Positions 56,945-64,000 of a stretch of DNA of 64,000 nucleotides are shown in pieces (positions within the stretch are counted from its first letter, which is position 1; each line of letters begins with the position of its first letter). Location of the stretch: assembly GCA_963815115.1 (NCBI GenBank), contig CAWFFN010000007.1:800001-864000 (forward strand). The letters are read 5' to 3'. The notes under the pieces were generated by a model. It made no database searches, was not told where the DNA came from, and saw nothing but the letters and a program-made list of their open reading frames with translations. Origin of the DNA: an uncultured delta proteobacterium (lineage in GTDB: Bacteria > Desulfobacterota > Binatia > DP-6). The translations under genes and the position numbers were made by a program.

Positions 56945-59332
56945 GTGGTGACGTCCGGCATCGCCGCGATGCGCGGCCGCCGTCGGGTCGCCGCGGTCCT
57001 GCTGCTCGCGCTGGCCGCCTGTGCCTGCCGCTCCACCCGGCCCGCGGCCCCCGCCGCGCGCCGCCCGGCCAGCGCCCGCGCGGACGTCTCGCATCTCCAT
57101 GTGCTGATGGTGAATGGGGGGGGCTCGCGAGAGCACAACTACCAGTCCCACCTGCTCCACCTGCGCGCCCTCTACGATCTGCTCGAGCGCGCCGGGGTAC
57201 CGCCGCAGCACATGACGCTCTACGTGAGCGACGGCGCGGACCCCGCTCCGGACGTCGCGCTCCGCGAGGCCCAGCCGGAGCCCGACTTCTGGCTGCTCGA
57301 GGGCAGCCCGCTGGCCGACAAGCTGCGCACGCCCGTCACCTTCGAGAGCTCCGTGGTCCCCGACGCTGCCCTGGCTCCCGCCACGCGCTCCGACATCGCG
57401 CGCTGGTTCGAGACGACGGGCCGCAAGCTCCGCCGGGACGACACCTTGCTCCTCTACGTCACCGACCACGGCTCGCGGAACGCGGACGATCCCACGAACA
57501 ACGCCATCACGCTCTGGGGGCGCGGCGAGCGCTTGCCGGTCGGCGACCTCGCCGGGATGCTGCGCACCCTCGATCCGGGAGTCCGTGTCGTCGCGCTGAT
57601 GTCGCAGTGCTTCTCCGGCGGCTTCGCCGAGCTCGCACGGGCGCGCAGCAGCCAGGCGGTGCCGGACGGCTCGACCTGCGGCTACTTCTCCTCCACCGCC
57701 GATCGGCCGGCATACGGCTGCTATGCCGAGAATCGCGGCCGCGACAACGTCGGCCACTCCTTCCACTTCATCGAGGCGCTGGCCGAGCGCGGGGAGTTCC
57801 CCGCGGCACACACCGACGTCCTCGTCGGCGACGACACGCCCGACGTTCCCCTGCGCACCTCGGACCTCTTCCTCGACGACGTCCTCCAGCGTGCCGCCCA
57901 GGCGGACGGCGTGAAGCCCGCAGACCTGATCGACCCCCTCCTGCGCCAGGCCTGGGGACATCCCGAGTCCTGGGAGCCCGAGCTGCGCCTTCTCGATCGC
58001 GTCGGACACGCCTACGGCTTCGCCAGCCCCCGCTCGATGCGGGAGCTCGAGGAGCAGCTCACGCGCATGCCGGAGCTGGCCGCGCAGCTGCGTACCCAGC
58101 ACGCCGCGTGGCAGGGAGCGCTGGAGTCCGCCACCGGTGCGAACGTCGGCCGATTCCTCGTGAGCCATCCCGCCTGGCAGGCCCGCCTGCAGCCGCTGGA
58201 GGCCAAGGGCGCCGCGCCGGACGAGCCGCGCCCGCTGACGACCGCCCTGCTGCGCGATCTTGCCCCGGCGACACGGTCGAATCCCGAAGCCCACCGCCGG
58301 CTCGGCGTGCTGCACCAGCGCGCCGAGGACTCCGAGTCCGTCGCCTACCGCATGGACGTGCGCGCGGGCGTGCTGCTGCGCATGCGGGCCGTCCTCGTCA
58401 CCATCGCCGGCCGCACGTTTCTGGAGTCGCGCGGCTCGGACGAGGAGCGCAAGGGATACGACGCGTTGCGGCGGTGCGAGGCTCTCGCGATTCCAGCAGT
58501 CCCGCTCCCTCCGGAAGCGCATCTCGCGCCTTCCGAGCCGTTCCCGTCCCTGGAGGACGATCTGGCGATCGCGGCCCGGGTGACGCCCGCCTGGATGGGC
58601 ATCCAGTTCCGGCCGGCCGCGCAGGACACACGCGCATCCGGCAAGCTCTCCGACGGCGCCGCCTCCGTGCTGGCGGTCTACGAGGGTTCGCCGGCGCGCC
58701 AGGCTGGTCTGGAGCCGGGCGACATCGTGATCGGCCCGCGCGGGAAGCCCTTCCAGGAAAAGGAGCAGATTCGCGAGTGGACGATGCTGTCGCGTGTCGA
58801 CGAGCCGGCGGCGCTCGACGTCCGGCGCGGCGATCGACAGCTCACCGTGAGCCTGGTGCCGAAGCCGTTCCCGCAGAAATGGCCGTCGTTGCCCGGCCCG
58901 CCCAAGGTGGGGAGCGCGGCGCCTCCGTTGCACCTCGGAGCGTACCGGGGAACACCGCCGACGTCCCTCGCCAAGGGGACGCCGCACCTGCTCTTCTTCT
59001 GGGCGACGTGGTGCGCGATCTGCAAGTCGGCGTTGCCCGAGATCGCGGCCTTCGAGCACGAGCGCGGCATCCCGGTGATCGCCATCAGCGACGAGGACCG
59101 CAGCCGCCTCGATCCCTTCTTCGCCTCCCACATCGGGCCTTTCCCGCCCCTGGTGGCCATCGACGAGAACCGGCAGGCCTTCCTGGCCTACGCCGTGAGC
59201 GGCATGCCCACCTTCGTCCTCGTCGACGGCAGCGGGACGGTGCGCAGCTACGCCACCGGCTACTCGCCCGCAAAGGGCCTCGCGATCGACGGCTGGACGT
59301 GGAGCGCGCGTCCGCAGCCGCCCGCCGGCTGA
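56945..59332 (+). CDS. Lipoprotein: caspase/legumain-fold (C13-like) peptidase + PDZ + TlpA-like thioredoxin
   Basis: Lipobox LAAC; YVTDHG and MSQCFSGGF (His/Cys dyad); WMGIQF..GSPARQAGLEPGDIVI (PDZ); FWATWCAIC..GMPTFVLVD (TlpA). Confidence 0.85.
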   Translation: MVTSGIAAMRGRRRVAAVLLLALAACACRSTRPAAPAARRPASARADVSHLHVLMVNGGGSREHNYQSHLLHLRALYDLLERAGVPPQHMTLYVSDGADPAPDVALREAQPEPDFWLLEGSPLADKLRTPVTFESSVVPDAALAPATRSDIARWFETTGRKLRRDDTLLLYVTDHGSRNADDPTNNAITLWGRGERLPVGDLAGMLRTLDPGVRVVALMSQCFSGGFAELARARSSQAVPDGSTCGYFSSTADRPAYGCYAENRGRDNVGHSFHFIEALAERGEFPAAHTDVLVGDDTPDVPLRTSDLFLDDVLQRAAQADGVKPADLIDPLLRQAWGHPESWEPELRLLDRVGHAYGFASPRSMRELEEQLTRMPELAAQLRTQHAAWQGALESATGANVGRFLVSHPAWQARLQPLEAKGAAPDEPRPLTTALLRDLAPATRSNPEAHRRLGVLHQRAEDSESVAYRMDVRAGVLLRMRAVLVTIAGRTFLESRGSDEERKGYDALRRCEALAIPAVPLPPEAHLAPSEPFPSLEDDLAIAARVTPAWMGIQFRPAAQDTRASGKLSDGAASVLAVYEGSPARQAGLEPGDIVIGPRGKPFQEKEQIREWTMLSRVDEPAALDVRRGDRQLTVSLVPKPFPQKWPSLPGPPKVGSAAPPLHLGAYRGTPPTSLAKGTPHLLFFWATWCAICKSALPEIAAFEHERGIPVIAISDEDRSRLDPFFASHIGPFPPLVAIDENRQAFLAYAVSGMPTFVLVDGSGTVRSYATGYSPAKGLAIDGWTWSARPQPPAG

Positions 59333-59460
59333 CGCGGCGTCCCCGGCGCGGATTCCGTTGACTCCGAAGCGCCCGGGATGGTAACCGCGCGTGGCCTGCC
59401 GTCGGCTGGCCTCCTCCCTGATTCGCCTCGAGGTCTCGAAGAGCCTCCAAAGGAGTCTCG

Positions 59461-60390
59461 ATGATCGCCGCGCCTCGCTTCCTCCTCCTCACCCTCACCC
59501 TCGCCGTCCTGAGCGCCGGCGCGGCGCCCGCGCGCGCCCAGACGTCCTCCTGCGGCGATGCCCTCGTCGATGCAGGCATCGGCGAGGAGTGCGACGAGGG
59601 CGCGGCCAACGGGAGCCCCGCGTCGTGTTGCACGGAGAGCTGCACGCTCCGCGCCGCAGGCGAGACCTGCCGCCCGGCCGCGGGCCCGTGCGACGTCGCC
59701 GAATCCTGCACGGGCGCGAGCGCGGCCTGCCCTGCGGATATCACGCTGCCGGACGGCGACGGCGATGGCACCTGCGATGCGCACGACGTCTGTCCCCTCG
59801 TGCCCGACCCGGATCAGCAGGACGACGACGGCGACGGTCTCGGAAACGCCTGCGATCCGTGCACCAGCATCGCTTCCGTGACTGCACAGAAGGCCGTCCT
59901 CAAGATCACCAAGCTGCAGACGCCTCCCGGCGACGATCGGTTCAAGGTGAAGGCCACCATCGCCGGCGTTCCCACCCAACCCACCATCGACCCGATCGCC
60001 AACGGCCTGCGCATCCTGCTGACGGACGCGCTCGGCGACGTGGTGGTCGACGCCTTCCTGCCCGGCGGCGCGTATTCGACCGACGCCAAGGCGGGATGGA
60101 AGGGCAGCGGGCTCGGGTGGAACTATACCAACGGGGGGCAGAACCTCCCGCTGATCCAGGGGATCAGCAAGGTGTCGCTGCACGGGCGCACCTCGCAGCC
60201 CGGCCTCTTCTCGGTCGCCATCACCGGCAAGAACGGCAGCTTCGCCGTTCCCGCGGATGGGCTTCCACTCCTGGTCACCGTCGTGATCGATCCGCCCCTG
60301 GCGACCACGGGCCAGTGCGGTGAGATCGACTTCGGCGCTCCCGGGCGATGCGTCGCCGTGGCCGCCAAGGGCACCGTCAGCTGCAAGTGA
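59461..60390 (+). CDS. Secreted Cys-rich protein with disintegrin-like and thrombospondin type-3 repeats
   Basis: AAGGAG RBS, signal peptide, CGD..EECDEG..CCTESC..CRPAAGPCDVAESCTG..CPAD and DGDGDGTCD..CP..DQQDDDGDGLGNACD. Confidence 0.82.
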   Translation: MIAAPRFLLLTLTLAVLSAGAAPARAQTSSCGDALVDAGIGEECDEGAANGSPASCCTESCTLRAAGETCRPAAGPCDVAESCTGASAACPADITLPDGDGDGTCDAHDVCPLVPDPDQQDDDGDGLGNACDPCTSIASVTAQKAVLKITKLQTPPGDDRFKVKATIAGVPTQPTIDPIANGLRILLTDALGDVVVDAFLPGGAYSTDAKAGWKGSGLGWNYTNGGQNLPLIQGISKVSLHGRTSQPGLFSVAITGKNGSFAVPADGLPLLVTVVIDPPLATTGQCGEIDFGAPGRCVAVAAKGTVSCK

Positions 60391-60414
60391 GGCGCCACGC
60401 CGGGGGGCGCCGCC

Positions 60415-60996
60415 CTACCGAGCGTACTTGACGGAGCAGCCGTACGGCTTGGTCTCGGCGACCTTCACCGGCTTTCCGGACGTGACGTCGTCGAGCGCCT
60501 CGGCGACGTAGTTGCGCGCCTCCTTGCCCTTGTCACCCGCCGCGTCGTCGTCGATCGCGCCCTCGTAGACCACCGTGCCCGTGCCGTCGATCACGAACAT
60601 GTGCGGCGTCGTCTTGGCGCCGTACGCGGTGCCGACCTTGCCCGCATGATCGTCGAGCACCGGATATGGCAGCTTGTGCTCGCTTCGCCACGCCTGGTCG
60701 CGCGCCGAGTCCAGGTAGCTCGTGCTGTCGACGCCGAGCCAGATCACGCCACGGTCACGATACCGGTCGGCCAGCGTCCGCATCGTATTCGCGTTGGCAT
60801 GCCGTTGCGCGAAGGGGCAGTCGGGGTTGGTCCACTCGAGGACCACGATCTTGCCGCGCAGCTTGGCGAGATCGACCTCGGCACCGTCCTGGTCCTTCAG
60901 GCTGAAGCCCGGGGCCGCCTGCCCCACCACGGCGCTGGCATGCGCCACCGCCGCCGTGGCGAGCACGACCGCCGCCAGCGTGGTTCCGAATCGCAT
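60415..60996 (-). CDS. Periplasmic redoxin (AhpC/TSA thioredoxin-family) protein
   Basis: Signal peptide; VVLEWTNPDCPF, AKTTPHMFVID, YEGAIDD and PYGCSVKY motifs. Confidence 0.9.
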   Translation of the reverse strand: MRFGTTLAAVVLATAAVAHASAVVGQAAPGFSLKDQDGAEVDLAKLRGKIVVLEWTNPDCPFAQRHANANTMRTLADRYRDRGVIWLGVDSTSYLDSARDQAWRSEHKLPYPVLDDHAGKVGTAYGAKTTPHMFVIDGTGTVVYEGAIDDDAAGDKGKEARNYVAEALDDVTSGKPVKVAETKPYGCSVKYAR

Positions 60997-60999
60997 CGT

Positions 61000-61845
61000 C
61001 TAGGTCTCCTTTCCGTCCAGTGAGATCGGCACGCGGATGCCGCGCCGCATGCCCCCGGCATCCGTGTACGCAACCACGCTGTCGAGCGGCGCGCTCTCGG
61101 TCTCCTCGCCCGCGAGTCGCTTCGCACGGAACGTGAGCTGCGTACGGCTCCCGTCGGTCCGGCTCCGTGCCTCTTCGACGTCCAGGGCCGGATCGCTCGG
61201 CGGAAACCACTCCACCGCGCGGGGCGCTTCCTTCCAGTCGAGGGTCACCGTGACGGTCCCGATCCCTCCGTCACGCGGCACGCCCCCGCGCGCCGCCAGC
61301 GCGACCGGAGCGGACCCGGCCTCGGCGTCGACCGGCAGCTTCTTCGCCCAGTCCTCGAACAGGGCCGCGTCCGCGGCACCATCCTTCCCGCCCGCAGGGG
61401 GGCCGACGCTGAGCTCGAGCGTCTTCTTGCCGCGGAGACAGAGCTTCTCGCAGGCGAGCCAGCCGGCATCGGCACGCAGCGCGACGGGCGCGCCCTGCGC
61501 CAGCGTCGCGGGCGGCGTCACCGTGGCCGAGAGCAGCAGCGTGTCGTCGTAGCCGTATCCCACGACCCCACCGGGCTGATCGAACCGCTCGGGCACCGGC
61601 CAGCGCAGCGGACCGGAGGTGAATCCTTCGGGAAGGATCCAGCGAACCGACGTCGGCAGGCCGGCATCGCCGGGGTTGTGCCAGTAGACGTGCCAGCCGC
61701 GCTGAATGTGGAAGAGCACGCCGAGCAGGAAGGGCTTCCCCGCTTCGACGTGCGCGGTGCTCACGACCAGCCGGGGTTCGACCGGCTGGAAGTACTGTGC
61801 GTGCGCCGTCCGCGAGACGATCAGGGCCAGCAGCAACCACCTCAT
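61000..61845 (-). CDS. DsbD N-terminal-domain (protein-disulfide reductase) protein, stand-alone
   Basis: GWHVYWHNPGDAGLPT, WPVP and WLACEKLC motifs; no TM domain. Confidence 0.85.
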   Translation of the reverse strand: MRWLLLALIVSRTAHAQYFQPVEPRLVVSTAHVEAGKPFLLGVLFHIQRGWHVYWHNPGDAGLPTSVRWILPEGFTSGPLRWPVPERFDQPGGVVGYGYDDTLLLSATVTPPATLAQGAPVALRADAGWLACEKLCLRGKKTLELSVGPPAGGKDGAADAALFEDWAKKLPVDAEAGSAPVALAARGGVPRDGGIGTVTVTLDWKEAPRAVEWFPPSDPALDVEEARSRTDGSRTQLTFRAKRLAGEETESAPLDSVVAYTDAGGMRRGIRVPISLDGKET

Positions 61846-61909
61846 CCGCTCTTCTTCTGCTGCCGCATGCCACCCGACTCAACCCCGCCCGGCGACCGCG
61901 GGTGTCCCG

Positions 61910-62272
61910 TCATTCGTCCCGGTGCACGGTGCCGAGCGAGAAGGCCGGCAGGCAGACGGCCACGTATTCGGCGCCTTCGGGCTCGGGCGAGGTGTAGCGC
62001 ACCCACTCGCCGGCGCGAGCGACCACGGCCTGGCCGGCGCGAACGTCGAGCGCGCCGCCCTTGTGAATGACGCGCAGCATCCCGCGCAACACCAGCGTGT
62101 ACTCGTCGAACTCCGGCGTCTGTCCGGGCTCTTCCCATCCTGCGGGACTCCGCATGTGCGCGATGCTCACCGTCGAGCTGCGGGAGTTCACGCGGCCGAC
62201 GTACTCGTCGATCGCCTTCGGCTTGTTGCCGGCGGCGACGATACGGGTGGGACTCGCAATCAGCTCCGGCAT
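61910..62272 (-). CDS. Cupin (EutQ-like) protein
   Basis: KPKAIDEYVGRVN, EPGQTPEFDEYT, GEWVRY and CLPAFS motifs; TTGAAT-17-CAAAAT-6-ATG. Confidence 0.85.
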   Translation of the reverse strand: MPELIASPTRIVAAGNKPKAIDEYVGRVNSRSSTVSIAHMRSPAGWEEPGQTPEFDEYTLVLRGMLRVIHKGGALDVRAGQAVVARAGEWVRYTSPEPEGAEYVAVCLPAFSLGTVHRDE

Positions 62273-62324
62273 GTGCCGATTTTGAGCCTTGACTCACTCG
62301 CATTCAACCGGAAGTGTCTCACGC

Positions 62325-62825
62325 ATGCGACCGGGCGCGCACGATCCCATCGGTGGATCGTCATGGGTGGAGTGGATGCGCGCTCTCGGGCGCCGCGTCC
62401 GACACGTGCGAGAGTTCCTCGGGCTGACCCAGGACGAGCTGGGTCGGACGGCGGGGGTGAGTCAGGGTGCGATCAGCCGTCTCGAGTCCGGTCGCGGCCT
62501 CGCGACGCCGTTGCTGGTGGTGATGAAGATCGGCGGCGCCCTGCAGCAGTCGCTCGCGAAGGTCGATCCGGCCATGCTCTCGGCCGAGGCGCTCCGCATG
62601 CTCGACGAGGGCCTGTTTCCGGCGCCGCCGGGCCCCGCGTCAGAATCGCCCGACTCTCCGCTGACCAGCGATCCCGCCCTGGAGGAGTACGTGCAGCTCT
62701 TCCATCGCGTCCCGGACAAGCAGCGCGCCACCTTCCTGGCCGTCGTGCGAGCGACGGCAAAAGCCGTCCGCATGCAGGACCCGCCCGAGCGCCGCGCCGA
62801 GTCGGACGAGGCCAACGGCTGCTGA
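62325..62825 (+). CDS. XRE-family HTH transcriptional regulator
   Basis: LGRRVRHVREFLGLTQDELGRTAGVSQGAISRLESG; start uncertain. Confidence 0.85.
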   Translation: MRPGAHDPIGGSSWVEWMRALGRRVRHVREFLGLTQDELGRTAGVSQGAISRLESGRGLATPLLVVMKIGGALQQSLAKVDPAMLSAEALRMLDEGLFPAPPGPASESPDSPLTSDPALEEYVQLFHRVPDKQRATFLAVVRATAKAVRMQDPPERRAESDEANGC

Positions 62826-62895
62826 CCGGTCCCGGCGCTACCCTGCGAGCGGCGGAATACGCTATGGGCGCTGCTCCGGACGGGAGGTGTGAGCC

Positions 62896-63087
62896 ATGCG
62901 TGTGATCGTCGATGCGGCCCTGTGTGAGGGCAACGCCGTCTGCCAGCGGCTCGCTCCCGAGGTGTTTCGGGTGGGCGACGACGACCTCGCCCGCGTGCTC
63001 ACCGAGCATCCCGCCGAGAGCCTGCGCGCCAAGGTCGAGCTCGCGGTCCGGCGTTGCCCGCGACAGGCCATCCGGCTCGAGGAGTGA
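62896..63087 (+). CDS. Monocluster ferredoxin ([3Fe-4S]-type, P450-associated family)
   Basis: GGGAGG RBS; CEGNAVC..APEVF..CPRQAI. Confidence 0.9.
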   Translation: MRVIVDAALCEGNAVCQRLAPEVFRVGDDDLARVLTEHPAESLRAKVELAVRRCPRQAIRLEE

Positions 63088-63116
63088 TCCACGGGCTGGG
63101 CCGGCGAGCCGCGTCG

Positions 63117-63941
63117 CTAGACGCGCGCGGGCGGGACCACCAACCCCGGAATCGCGGATCGTGTCCGAAAGACGGTCGCCCGGCGCGCCGGATCGCCGGT
63201 ATTGTCCGTCGTCACCACGAAGAGATCGCGCCGATCCCTGGCGCCGAAGCAGAGGCTGGTCACGAACGTCGCCGGAACCGCGACGGTCCGCTCGAGCGTG
63301 CCGTCGGGCGTGAAACGCGCGATGGCGGCGCCGTCGCCGAGGGCGACCCACACGGCCCCCTCCTCGTCGACCGCCAACCCGTCGGGGTGGCCGTGCGGGA
63401 CGCGAGCGAAGACCCGTCGGTTCACGGCGCTGCCGTCGCCGGCGAGGTCGTGAGCCAGCACCGTGCCCGCACTGTAGTTCGAGTGATAGAGCGTGCGCCC
63501 GCCGGGCGCGAAGCCGACTCCGTTCGGAAACTCGACTCCACCGTACAACTCGACGCCCCGACCTTCCCCGTCGATGCGCCACAGCTCGCTCGGGACGCGG
63601 CCCTCGAGCTGCATGGCGGCCGAGCGCATCGACCCCACGTAGACCCTGCCTTCGGTATCCGTCGTGAGATCGTTGAAGCCGAGCGCTCCATCGACCGTGA
63701 GCAGGACGCGCGACCGGCCGTCCCGCACGTGGCAGACGTCTCGTCCGGAGACCACCACTCCTCCGTCTGCGTGCAGCACGAGCCCGCCGACGCCGCGGCG
63801 TTTCGGGATCATCGTTTCGACCGTACCGTCCGGGGACCAGCGATAGACGCCGCCGGCGATGATGTCGCTGAAGTAGAGCCGCCCCTCGCCGTCCGCGCGC
63901 GGAGCTTCGAGGAACGTGTATCCCCAGGCGATCGCCTCCAT
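63117..63941 (-). CDS. SMP-30/gluconolactonase family protein
   Basis: FLEAPR, FNDLTTD, FPNGVGF, PDGLAVDEEG and TSLCFG motifs. Confidence 0.9.
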   Translation of the reverse strand: MEAIAWGYTFLEAPRADGEGRLYFSDIIAGGVYRWSPDGTVETMIPKRRGVGGLVLHADGGVVVSGRDVCHVRDGRSRVLLTVDGALGFNDLTTDTEGRVYVGSMRSAAMQLEGRVPSELWRIDGEGRGVELYGGVEFPNGVGFAPGGRTLYHSNYSAGTVLAHDLAGDGSAVNRRVFARVPHGHPDGLAVDEEGAVWVALGDGAAIARFTPDGTLERTVAVPATFVTSLCFGARDRRDLFVVTTDNTGDPARRATVFRTRSAIPGLVVPPARV

Positions 63942-63949
63942 GGCCGATC

Positions 63950-64000
63950 TCAACGGTTCGTGCCCGGCGCGACCAGGGCGTCGACGATCGCGTGGTGGGC
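63950..64000 (-). CDS. C-terminal end of a gene starting beyond the window
   Basis: Reads AHHAIVDALVAPGTNR* immediately upstream of the lactonase; too short to identify. Confidence 0.35.
   Translation of the reverse strand, partial: AHHAIVDALVAPGTNR

Overview
Very GC-rich bacterial chromosomal window (by eye about 70% GC) from a diderm organism. Gene content and style resemble Binatia/'Deltaproteobacteria' soil lineages; that assignment is inference. Bases 1-22.5 kb are one long minus-strand envelope operon: lysS-lolC/E-lolD-bamA-skp-[fabZ/lpxA fusion]-lpxI-gnnA-like-lpxB-msbA-DUF374-waaA-lpxK-ycaR-waaF, then core-LPS glycosyltransferases and kinases. lpxD and gnnB are absent from their usual positions. 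Bases 22.5-48 kb are mostly housekeeping: a secreted repeat protein, plsB, an RluA-family synthase, two tiny Zn-binding ORFs divergent from a ttuB-ttuA-trmI tRNA-modification operon, lon, galT-like, glgA, an A-type Fe-S carrier, a NarX/NarL-type pair behind a sigma54-type promoter, comEC, uvrC and uvrB. A ~285-bp multi-hairpin inverted-repeat element lies between galT and glgA. Bases 48-64 kb form an accessory periplasmic/redox region: a nitrosocyanin-like cupredoxin, an ECF sigma/anti-sigma/DUF3106 trio, a PAS kinase with a sigma54 activator, and a CX5CH lipoprotein cytochrome coupled to a Cyc2-like cytochrome-porin. It also holds a caspase/legumain-fold peptidase-PDZ-thioredoxin lipoprotein, a disintegrin/TSP3 secreted protein, DsbD-N plus redoxin, cupins, a ferredoxin and a lactonase. 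Three apparent single-base frameshifts (two in short G/C runs) suggest long-read indel errors. I saw no rRNA, tRNA, CRISPR array or transposase. All calls come from motif recognition by eye; no searches were run.
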